Assembly (NCBI RefSeq): GCF_004010195.1
Contig: NC_057719.1
Span: forward strand, 46,790,230-46,854,229
DNA length: 64,000 bases
Source of the DNA: Chiloscyllium plagiosum
Taxonomy: Eukaryota
Direction of reading: 5' to 3'
Position numbers and translations under genes: made by a program
Shown here: one piece after another, positions 52,736 through 64,000 of the stretch
How positions within the stretch are numbered: the first letter of the stretch is position 1
Layout: each line of letters starts with the position of its first letter
Notes under the pieces: generated by a model
Seen by the model: the letters and a program-made list of their open reading frames with translations, nothing else
Told to the model about the DNA's origin: nothing
Databases searched by the model: none

Positions 52736-54244
52736 ACTGTAGATATTAAAATCAGTTAAGAAACCACAGAACACTTTACTATTCCACCCGCTGAAGCATC
52801 AATCTTAAGCATGAAGAAATGCTAACCATAGGACTAGCAAGTTAGGACAGGTCCAACTAATGGAAGTTAAAGAATCATGTTGTTTTAATTTCACACCCAA
52901 CCCAGATGTGAAGTAGTCTGTCATTAATACCACCCTCCACCCACTTCAATTGCTTTGTGGGAGGTACTGAGTGGGTTGCATCTGACCATATTCCAGCATG
53001 AACCATTATCAGAAAGGACAACAAAGGAAAAATTTGGTATTGATAGGAATGGCAGAGTTAATGTTGAAATCTCTACTTCTTCTTCCTGTTTCTAAAATTA
53101 CCCTATATTACAAATTGATTGCTAGTTGTATCTGCTACTGCAGACTGCACAAAGCAACTTATGATATATATGAAAATTACTGAATGCCAAATGTAGCAAC
53201 AAAAGTATGTGTGCTAAACTAGTGAGCAGTGACACCAAGATTACAAACAAACTGGCTTAATCTCAGGCTGCTGTCAGGAATAGGGATGGTGTCAGTAATT
53301 TGGGAAGGATAGTACATCTCTTTCCCTGAAGAACTTTAGCAAAGCATTTGGATTTTATGACCATGAATAATAGCTTCATGGGACTGAATTTACCAGTTTC
53401 TGAATGATGTGGACAATGGTCAATCAGATGAGAAAGTATGAGATCTGTGACATCAAGGGAAAATGTCAGATTTTGCACATGAGATTATAGTGGTGAGATG
53501 AGAATTTCACATGTGAGTATTGAGGGGCCTAGTTTATGCTGCAAATCACTGGTATCTTCTCTATGTATCCATCTTGGCCAGCATTCCCTAACAACTCAGG
53601 GCAGGTGCATGGGCAGCAACCTGCAAGCTTCGTCCATAGAGGCTGGCAATAGGCATGTACCAGCCTTACCACACCATCATGATATATTTCCAACTCATTT
53701 ATAATGCCGTTCACCACTTCAGTACTGCACTTTGGAGCTCCCCAATGCCTGGCATTGCAGTGTTTCTGCCAAGCTGCTTTGTACGCAATATCATAGATTA
53801 GACCAGGATGAATCTCAGGGCTTTTAGTTTTCTTTCTTTGTACCTACTTGATTGCTCACAGCATCTCTGCCTTGTCTTTTTGTATACTGACATCTCATTC
53901 TTAATTTAAAGGCTCATAGTAGTTCTGCCTTGTCTCACTGTTTCGTGACTTCAGAAAGTCAGGCAGCTTGTCATGTTTGCCAGCACTGATCAGTCAAGGC
54001 AGATAAGTTGCTGTACTGTACCATATTCCAACAATGGTCAGACCTGAACAGGCACCAGCAGCTTATATAGCAAACATATATATGAATGTGCTTCAACCAA
54101 GTGAATATGTCTTAAAGTCTAAGGGGAACAGTCATCAGTTAAGTCAAGAGGAACTGTCCTCAGTATAGGGTAGCACAGTTAAACTCCAGTTTCTGGGGAA
54201 AGTTAGCACATGTTCACCGTTGCTAAGAATGGCTTTCAGTTATT

Positions 54245-54530
54245 TTTTATTCATTTACAGAATGAGGGCTTCTCTGGCTAGGCCACATTTATTGCATAGA
54301 AGACTGTTAGGAGTCAACCACATTGCTGTGGGTCTGGAGTCACATGTAGGCCAGACCAGGTAAGGGTGGCAGTTTCCTTCCCCAAAGGACTTTAGTGAAC
54401 CAGATGGGTTTTACTGACAATTGACAATGGATTCATGGGCCATCTGCAGCCATCTTCCAGCCATCTGCAGTGACAGGTTTCAAACTCAGATCCCTAGAAC
54501 ATTACCTGGGTCTCTGGATTAACAGTCTAG
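54245..54530 (-). mobile_element. SINE of the 37565-37915 family
   Basis: gagtcaaccacattgctgtgggtctggagtcacatgtaggccagaccagg. Confidence 0.8.
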
Positions 54531-54660
54531 CAAAAATATTACTAGGCTATCACCTCTCCTTAGTTCTAGATTTAGTCATTGAATCTCAATTCCACCAGTT
54601 GCATCGGTTGGATTTGAAGATGTGTCCCAAGAGCATTAGCCAAACTCTCTAGATTATTAG

Positions 54661-54805
54661 GTCTGCGGATGCTGGAGATCAGAGTTGAGAGTGTGTTGCT
54701 GGAAAAGCACAGCAGATCAGGCAGCATCCGAGGAGCAGGAAAATAGACGTTTCGGGCAAAAGCCCTTCATCAAGAAAAATGTCGATTCTCCTGCTCCTCA
54801 GATGC
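54661..54805 (-). mobile_element. Fold-back pLTR insert with hammerhead motif
   Basis: TSD ctctagattattag / ctctaggttactag (54647-54660 / 54806-54819); minus-strand core at 54746-54773; last ~29 bp are an inverted copy. Confidence 0.8.
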
Positions 54806-54919
54806 CTCTAGGTTACTAGTCCAGTTAATAACACTACGCCATTGTCTCAGGTAAGCAGTCTGCTAGATTAGCAATAGCAAAGCCATCAAAAGGGACAGTG
54901 ATTAAATAGAGCTGACAGC

Positions 54920-55290
54920 GGTCACCATACATGTGAAAGTAAGTCTCCTCTTTTAAATAATGTCATTAAGGGACAAGATGTGGATGAAAGCAGAAAGGAG
55001 TCATAGATTATTGAAAGCGTAGGTAGTGTTGTGGTAGTGGGAAAAAAAGATTAGATCAGCAAGAATGGAACCAGATGGGAGCTACCCCAACCTGAATAAG
55101 AATGGAGGAGAGGTTTGAAGATGATGGTGTGGTCAGCTGAAGCAAAGGCTGCAGCCAGGTCAAAAAAGACCAGGAGGGAAAGGTTCTCATTGTCACAATC
55201 ATAACGAATGTTATTGTTTTATTTTAATTCCTGTTTTGATACTGTGACAGGTGGGGAGACCTAATTGGACAGTACATTGAAGAAAGGTAA
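54920..55290 (-). mobile_element. Ancient L2 RT fragment
   Basis: Minus strand reads LLVFFDLAAAFASADHTII (cf. LDLSAAFDTVDH). Confidence 0.6.
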
Positions 55291-58200
55291 ATGAAGGTAT
55301 TTCTGAAGAGCAATATACAGAGAGGGTCCTTTGTTTACTGGAGCCCATGATGTAAAACATTCTGTGGCAGACATCATAATGAACTCCTGTTAAAAGTGTG
55401 TAAAACTGCCTCTTTATTCAGTACAGTCCTAGAATTCCAATACTTAAAATTGTAATGTCTCTAACAGCTGAATGATCAATATTATGCTAATGAGAAAGAA
55501 GACAACAGTAAACACACCCGTACATTAAACCTGTTTTGAAAATCTTGGGAAACAGACTGATTTCATAATAATCATATCTTTTACTCTTCTTCCCCATCCC
55601 ACACAACAATGGCATGTTCCCATAGCTTACAGCGACCTTTCAAAATGTGATAAGTAAGACAAAAAACTTACATTTTCTCCTCACCAAACCAGAAGCACCA
55701 GGGTCTGCTATAGTCCAATAACAACATCCTGACTGAGATCAGCAGACATAGCACAGACCAGGAGTCAGTCTTTCTGGTTTCTACAGTTCAGAAACACTAG
55801 ATCAGAAGATGAGCCCTGGGTTAATAGGATGTAATAGCTGGATCTTCATCTATATGAGTACCCTATTTTGAGATCTTATGTTATGATCTTACAAAATCAA
55901 AGCAGATTAATTTTATCCTAATGACATCTTTAGTATCATTAATGACATAGCCATTCCAGAAATCAGAACTGGTACATAAAGGTGCATTTAGTCTTTACAA
56001 AAAAAAGTCCTCTGGCTTACAACTCTGTAATAAAATGCTGATTTTTAATACCAAGACAATAATAATATTCTACATGTATTTGGACAAGCGCACACACAAA
56101 AAATAATTTCTTAACATTTACACAAGAAAATTATTGTTTGTTAGAAGAGAGTATTCCAAATAAGCCATTGGACATTTTCCATCATTGAACCCCTGTAGAT
56201 AAAAATCTGTATTGTCTTCAAATATGTGCATAGCTGTGTGTAAAGACAATAGTTACACAACTCAAAGCACCTTTGCATTCTTATTGTGATGGGTCACAAA
56301 GCTTGCTACCTGTGGGAGACAGCTATTTCCATGATTAGCTCATCATATCATCATGTGCTGCCAACACCAGTGAACCTCTCCCCATTCCTGTCCTCAAATG
56401 CCTTGGTGATTACAACTCTAATGTATAATTCAACAACAGTTCAAGTGTTCATCACCATAATAACAAGGCAAGCAGGATAGCAAAGAGGCACATCACAAAG
56501 AGCAAAAGCTTTTGGGTCCATTAATTAGATGACAACACTTCAGAAGGGGGGGGGGGGAAAACTAGTAGCAAATACTTAGGTAAATTCTGAATGACATTAG
56601 TTGAAAAAGTTTTGAATGAGTTGTGTGCAAATGCATTGAAGCAGTAATGTGAGGAGATGAATGTGTGGGAAGGTGAATAAAGTAGTTGAAGTGTGAGGAT
56701 GTTTGTGACATTATAATGCATTGATAGGCTTAAATTAAGCTTAACTTTAGATTTTCACTCAAAAAATCCAGACAGTTCACCAATGGTGATTTAAAATATA
56801 ACAGGCACCCTGATACCTTTCTGTAAGAATTTTCTTTACCTGTAACAACTGACAACAACAAAATCAAACATGAACAGGGATTTGTGTTTTATTTAAAATA
56901 GCTTTTATTTGCCAGAGTAAAATTCAGCCCACTTATCAGAAACAAACATTGTATCATGTCAAACTGAGAAATAGAATTATTTTAAGAGCTATATTTAAAT
57001 GCAATTCACCTGAAATCAGCCAAACCAGTATAACAATCAATAAATTTGAAATGCTAATTAAGTCCAGTGTAAGTTGAAGTTCAGCGATTTTCTGCTCTCA
57101 TTTAAAAAACATCTGAAGAAGTCTCCCTCTACAAAACTGGACACACCCCTCACATCAATTGAGTTCGATTGGTAAGTTTCCACAAGTTGTCCCATTGCAA
57201 GCTTGCGAGCAGGGTCTTAAAATGAAGATGTTTTTTGGAAGCAAAATATTTAAAAGCTTGTAATTTCTTTTAAAGTTACCAAGAGAATGACTACTGCATG
57301 CCAGCTTGGTTAATAAATGTTGTGTATCGATCTTAAACTAAACCCCTTTACCTTTTCTTTCCAGTTATTTAAGATTGAGTTGAGCACAAGTGGTAAACTA
57401 AACACTGATCTAAATTTGATTTCTTTTCTAGTGTTCACCACTTCAATCATTAAGATATTCCAGCTGGCCATTCTTAAATATGCCAAGGAATTATTCCAAT
57501 ACAAAAAATTAAGTTCTAAACTGTTGCCCAATCACATGAACGCATGGAAGATTTTAAATTCATCAATACTCAAGTGAATTTGAGCAGAAATCTACGCAAC
57601 AAAAATACTTCTTAAGACTAGTACAACTGTGAGCATAATTTTTGCCCAAACCACCAATTGTGTCCAAACCAGAACTCTTGGTCACAATCGCTTGATTTTG
57701 TTCATTTCCACAACAATTATTTAGCTGTTTGTAATCAAAAATAAGGTGCATTGTTAAAGTGCTTACACAATATTATGCATGATCACTTGATTAACATATT
57801 GTATTACACATTCAATTTCATCACATAAATACATTGCATTGTTTTGTAGTATTGTTTGAACTGCAGTGCTTAACACTGAGTTTTGAAATTGAGGTAACAT
57901 ATATCTTTTCTATATGTCCAATAGTGTTTGTTTTGCCTTATGTTGTGTTTTGGTTCTTAGATTGCGTGATCTTCCTGTGCTTTCTCTTACAGTCACATAG
58001 GATTATTTTAATTCTCTAGTTGGAAAGTTAGTCTGATTATGGCCTTCGGGATCAGTCTGTTTCTCTTTAGCCTGCTCCCCCTCCCCTGAGTAGCAGACAG
58101 TTAGTGTCATTTGTTGTTTATCTCCTTGCTGTCATCCTGTCTTTTTGCATAATGCAGGAAGGAAAATACATTGACAGAAATGTATTAGGTCAAGAAGCTA

Positions 58201-58474
58201 TTCCACAATACAAAATTCTCTTTGAGAAACCTTCTACAGAAGTTAAACCAGCACAATGCAGGAGGCAGGGTTTTAGGATGCCGGTGTAATGAATGCCTCA
58301 TTCTTAATGCAACAACCACCTTGCTGAGTGGAGGCAAGGATCTAGTGAGAGCTCTGATCCAACAAATCATGCTTACCAACTAAAACAGATGGAGATTTAT
58401 CATAGAATACTACAGCAAAGGAGGCCACTTTGTCCATCTTCTGTGTCAGTCATTTTCTACTTGTGAATGATTTC

Positions 58475-58975
58475 ACTGTGAAACTTGAAAGGGTTCAGAA
58501 AGGATTGCCGAGGATGTTGGCAGGGTTGGAGGGTTTGAGCTACAGGGAGAGGCTGAATAGGCTGGGGCTGTTTTCCCTGGAGCATCAGAGGCTGAGGGGT
58601 GATCATATAGAAGTTTATAAAATCCTGAGGGGCATGGATAGGTTGAATAGGCAAGGTCTTTTTTTCTTGAGGTGGGGGAGTCCAGAACTAGAGGGCATGA
58701 GTTTAAAGTGAGAGGGGAAAGATTTATAAAGGACCAAGGGGGAAATACTTTCACACAAGGGATGGTGTGTGTTTGGAGAGAACTGTCAGAGGAAGTGGTG
58801 AGGCTGGTATAATTACACCACTTAAAAAGCATCTGGTTGGGTATATGAATAGGAAAGGTTTGAAGGGATATGGGCGAAATGGATCTAGATTTATATAGGA
58901 TATCTGGTCGGCGTGGACAATTTGAATCAAAGGGGCTGTTTCCGTGCTGTATATCTCTATGACTCTATGACTGTA
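58475..58975 (+). mobile_element. CR1 3' end
   Basis: VKLERVQK...[10 protein letters not shown]; ctatgactctatgact tail. Confidence 0.92.
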
Positions 58976-60944
58976 ATCTCATATTCGTGTTTCCATCCTG
59001 CTTCGGTTAATAAATTGCCTTATTTAGACAACTACCGGACTCTTGCTTCAATGATTTGTGCACGCCAACAACAATTTGTAGCAGAGAATTCCACATTCTC
59101 ATCTGCCTCTGTGTATAGCTGTATTATATTACCTCCCTTTGGTTTTTGGCTATTTTGATGTTGTACTTTTGACAAACCAATAAACTACAGAATTTCTTCC
59201 CAATATTGTACATATAGGTACAATCTGCATTTTAAATATTTTAATATCATTGAAAAGAAACATGGTGCAGTTTTTCCCTACAAGAGGACAGAAGTCAGAT
59301 TCTCACCATTGAGAGAAACTCCCACAAATAAGTTCTCCTTTCTGAAATAGAGGGATCGAATTCTCACCACCCGGTGAGCAGCAGTCTATTGGCATGTTGC
59401 TGCATCTCACTAATTATATAATTGGTCTTATTCACTTACTTCCCAACTAATGTCTTCCCAGTTGAGAAACCCACTAGCTCAAAAACTTGACATTAACAAA
59501 TGCTTGGTTATCTGTCAAATTCGATCGAGCCTGGGCAAATTCTGCCATATATTGCCTTTTGATGAAGGATGTTCCAAAGACAATCCGTCCATGTGCCCAA
59601 AATGTCAGAGTAATTTCAGGGACTCCAGTCTCAGTAATGACTGCCAAGTTACCATTCATTCTGAGAATGCTTCTTTTAAGAGATTGTCCATGACCATCCT
59701 TCACACTATAATGATACTAGACTGGTCCCTTGCTGTACCTTAGCATCCTAGCTGTCAAAACTCAAACTACAAAAAGCTCTGATTGGCTAACATGCTCACT
59801 ACAGAAGTTAGGGAATGCATAAAAGTGAACATGTGAGTTTATCATTGTTTACCATTTAGATACATTGCAGCATTTCTTTGAGAAAGCAGGCACAGGATAA
59901 ATTTTCGCTTGCAAAATATATGGAAGCATCACACTGCCAACTTTCCCATCAAATAAGTCTGAGAGGTGAATGATGACAGAATGAGCTATATTCACTCCTG
60001 CAACATCACTTCCTTTTGCTATCTGAATGTCTATCACATCTTTCTATTAGATCATAACTAGGTTTTCTAAGATTAATAAAAAGACTAAAGCAGATGCTAT
60101 AACAGTGCAAGTAAATGTGTATTTACAAAAATGGTCTATTTATAAATTGACTTTATGTTTGTGTCATTGATGTGGTTCCAGCACATGAGTTTAGGTTATA
60201 AACTTAGGGTCATTATTCATGTTGGTCAATGATTGCCAACAAGACTTTATGACAAAGGACTGCAGAGGTTGGTTCAAGGCTGAGATTGACAGATTTTTAA
60301 TCAGTAAGGGCTATGTAGGCAAGGCAGGCAAATGGACCTGAGAATTATCAGATTAGCCATGATCTCTTTGAATGGTGGAGTCGTAACTGAATGGTCTCCT
60401 TTTGCTCCTATGTATTATGGTCCTAAAACATAAGTTGTGAGGAACCACGTTAAAAATCCTGATAACTTTTCTTGCCAACTAAATGAGGTGGTGACGGGGG
60501 CAGTGCTGTGGTTTGGAAATGTTATATTTATGCACAAATCAAGCAATATATGTTAAAACACAATGCATGGAGGGTGTCCAAGTTTAAATATTTTGGAGGA
60601 TGAAAAGAAAACAAGGTTGGAAGTGAAGTGGAATAGCTCAGTCCATTACCTGTACACAATTCCACAATATATAAGTAAACATAACCTACACATAGACACT
60701 AAAATCAACAGAAGAACCTGTGAAATATGGTAAACTTATTATAGGTAATCGCCCATTACAAAAACAGATGTTCAGAACAGGCTGGAGTGTAACAAAAACT
60801 AAATAAGATTCTTAAATAAATTAGAAGTAATAACTTGTAATTACTTAAATCATAGATTTGTCTTAATGCCAACACATTCATTATCATCTTTTCTTAGCTT
60901 GCAATATTCTTGATAGATTCTTTTCCATTCTTTATAATAAATAA

Positions 60945-61350
60945 AAAAGACTTGCTTTTAAATTAAATTTTTCACAATCACCAGCTATTTCAAAATGCTT
61001 TCCAATCAAGTAGCTTTAAAAGTTCACCTTTGTAATTCCAGCTGCCAATTTGTCCACACAAATAACAATGTGACAGTGACCAAATCATCTGACTTTTGAT
61101 GTTGATCAAGGAATCATCATTGATCAAAGCACTAGGGAAAACGTCCCTGCTGTTCTTCAAAGTAATGCAGTTGGATCCTTTATATCCATCTGAGAAGGCA
61201 GACAGACCTGAATTTTAATATTGTAGCTGAAGGTTGTACTTGGAATGGGACACATTCTCTCTCACAGTACCAGAAAGTCAGCCTTGATTTCTATGGTTAA
61301 GATGTGTAATAGGACTTGAATCCAGCATCTTCTGATTTAGGGGGATTGTT
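60945..61350 (-). mobile_element. Near full-length diverged Deu-domain SINE
   Basis: Plus strand shows tail aaagacttgc, then gctgccaatttg, ccctgctgttcttcaaagtaatg, and head ggacttgaatcc...ctacca. Confidence 0.65.
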
Positions 61351-61901
61351 CTACCAAACAACCACATGTGAAATGCGTAGTAAATATAGTAATGATGCAT
61401 GTTATTAAAAAGGTTCACTGTCATTTTAATACTTTTTCATATACATATGTACATCATTGCTTATGAGAGCAAATGCTAATGTCCAGAAACCCCTGAGGTT
61501 GTTGATGGCTCAGTTTGTTATGAATTTGTATAACTGAGCCAGACAGATCAATAGTCTGAGGCTAAACTGCAAGTTTACACAGAGTCAGAAAGAGCAATAA
61601 CCTCTACAGATTGTTTCAGAATCCTTCGATTGGAGAGGGATTCCCTGTCCTGATGTCTATCCTTTGACAGTTTCAGTAATGTCCTTAGATGGCAGGCAAA
61701 CTCCGATTCACAATAGCTGTCATGGGGCCAGGGGACATAGCTGACTAACCTTCACCACCTAGGTTTCACCAGAGCAATAACACTCCTCTGAAGTGATGTG
61801 GAAAAATGTGATGTGATCCCAGGTCAAATCCAAAACTTGTGCAAAGAGGAGACAAAGAGTTTTATTTTAATGAGATTTTAATTTGACTCAATTATATTTT
61901 A

Positions 61902-62061
61902 GAGGAAGTGAGGACTGCAGATGCTGGAGATCAGAAGCAAAAAGTGTGGAGCTGGTCAGGCAGAATCCAAGGAGCAGGAGAGTTGATGTTCATTAAGAAA
62001 GCCCTTCATTAGGAATGACTCTGCTGCTCCTCGGATACTGCCTGATCTGCTGTGCTTTTCA
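61902..62061 (-). mobile_element. Fold-back pLTR insert, hammerhead decayed
   Basis: 16-bp TSD actcaatta(t/a)atttta (61886-61901 / 62062-62077); two opposed pLTR pieces. Confidence 0.8.
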
Positions 62062-62299
62062 ACTCAATTAAATTTTATCCACGATTAAAGTTCTGATAGT
62101 TCTGCAGCAAACATTGTTTGAATTAAAACGAAGGCCCTTTCTGATGTCAGGAACATCTCTCTCTGTCTTTTATGGTTTTGACAAATGGCGCAGTGAGTTC
62201 CTTGTGTTAAGTTGATATTCAAGGGGATTATTGCTTGTTAATAGACCAAGTCACCGCATTAATATTCAGCTTCTTCCCTATCAAGTGTGCCAGACAAGC

Positions 62300-64000
62300 T
62301 AGACATTGAGAAATGGACATCTGGCGATTTCAGTTTGCCCTGAAGGACTCCATGTTTTGTAAGACCAAACAACATCTCAAAGCACGGGCACCAGCTGCAT
62401 ACCCAGACATTGGCATCCTGCATTTGTCAGGTCATCATGACTATCATGGGTCTTCTCCAATACACTGGCAAGGATTCGGAAGCACAGACGTCTAATGCAG
62501 AGCACACCAGCAACTAGCATTGAAAAGCTGCAGCGGGTACACTCTGCGTCTCGGGATAGGCCTTCGATTCATGGATTGGACCAGGCTGAATCTAAAGGCT
62601 GCTCACTCAGTCTCCATGCACTCGGACACTTTGTATGCTTGTAGTGTCCGTGGCCTTGCCTTGCTGGTTTACTTCGTGCAGTCTCACAACCAGGCAGCTT
62701 GCCTTGCTGCTCAGCTGTCCTGAGCCAAGCGGATGGATATCTTGCTGTACAGCGGCCTATTATTGCCAATCTCACACCCACTCCATGGGCCAGCAGCTCA
62801 TGTGGCAAACATGCAGCATGTTGAGCAAGCCGGCAGCCATGGCTTAAAGTCTTCGGGGATTAGTCTTCACCAAAATCCGTCAGTCAGGGGTTCCAGCACA
62901 GGAAGTCAAGGGCAGCCACCGAAACCAGTCCAGGGAATTGGTATTGGTCAGGCATCCAGACAGGGTGTTCTTGGCCAAGGGCTCCATGCCTCTGGGTCAC
63001 GGTCAGTCCTGTGGCGCAGTGGCAGCCAGACCAGAGGTTTAGGGAAACTGCGGTCAGACATATACAGCCACTAGCACTTCTCACCTGCTCAGTGTGTGGT
63101 TCCTCCTCGAGTTAGATACCTCCTTGAGAGGTAGCAGCACTGGAGTGTCCACCAGGTTCCCCACACCACTGTCGCTACACCCTGAGTCCACACTTTCCGA
63201 GCTTAGCATTTCCACCAAGGTGTCACTGTCCAGGTCGGTGGAAGGTTTTGGGGACAGCCTTACTGACAGTCCCTCTGACACCCTCGGTACTCAAGTCCTC
63301 AAAGGTCAAGGAGGTGACTTCTGAGGAACGGGGTATTTCATTGCCATTGCAGTGGAGATACTGGCAGTACCTGCAAGACACAAGTGAGAGAATGCATCGA
63401 GGTCATTGATTAGAAGTGGTGTGCAATGAATGAGACTAACAGCAGAGTTAATGTGAGAGTTGCAGTGCAGTGAAGAGTGGAACTCTTGTTTAGCTTGGAT
63501 AGCAGGAGTACCAGATTCCCCTACAAGGACCAGGATTCTCTCTTCATACAGGGTGAAGCATCTCTCCAGCCACATGAAATATCACTGCCCTTTTATGGGC
63601 CGTTTTCTCCTCTAGCGGGAAAAGGGAGGGATTGAGGGAGATGAAAGTGGTCCGATACTGTTGGTGCAGGTGGTCAAAAGGTTGTGTGAGGTATTAGTGG
63701 TCAGGCATCCAGTCAGGATTTCTTGGTCAAGAGGCAATGATAAGGCAGTGCAGAGGTCACGCAGGGTTAGGGGGCAGGAGGTTTATGGGCAGCAGAATTT
63801 GGGGGGGGGGCAAGTGAGGGAAGATGTTGCAGGTAATGGAGAGAGTGCCAGAGCATAAACCTTGGAGGGAGGGGGTGCAGTCAATGTGATATAGCAGAGA
63901 CAAGCATGGGGCACTTACCCTGGCTCAGTGGAGAAGATTATTGAAAGGACATCCCGAGATTCCTTCCAGTCAGTGATCACTGAATTCAGCTGCATGTGTG
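62300..64000 (-). pseudogene. Harbinger-type Myb/SANT-like gene relic (copy C), runs off the window
   Basis: Minus strand FNNLLH*AR then gtaagt donor (63913-63918); PKPSTDLDSDTLV resembles PAPSTSSDTDNLL of copy B; DNA match to copy A. Confidence 0.55.

Noticed and set aside
1..64000. CRISPR array or prokaryotic operon
   Set aside because: No regularly spaced repeat-spacer units and no dense coding; content is vertebrate repeat DNA.

Overview
Eukaryotic, AT-rich, repeat-dense DNA. The repeat content (HE1-like V-SINEs, CR1 LINEs, Deu-domain SINEs, Penelope-like elements) points to a shark genome (inference). No intact protein-coding gene is recognisable: the interpretable ORFs are decayed CR1/L2 reverse transcriptase, Penelope GIY-YIG or Harbinger Myb/SANT fragments. 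Notable structure: (i) many Penelope pseudo-LTR pieces carrying minimal hammerhead-ribozyme motifs, several as tiny inserts with 13-17 bp target-site duplications (TSDs) and fold-back geometry, the best at 31181-31786 with two opposed hammerheads; (ii) three relics of an intron-containing Harbinger-type Myb/SANT gene; (iii) a ~280 bp direct repeat pair flanking ~1.05 kb (43657-45267); (iv) a repeat-free island near 19-21 kb that may be the last exon and 3'UTR of an unidentified minus-strand host gene. Family names come from motif recognition, not database searches. Repeat boundaries are approximate unless a TSD is given.
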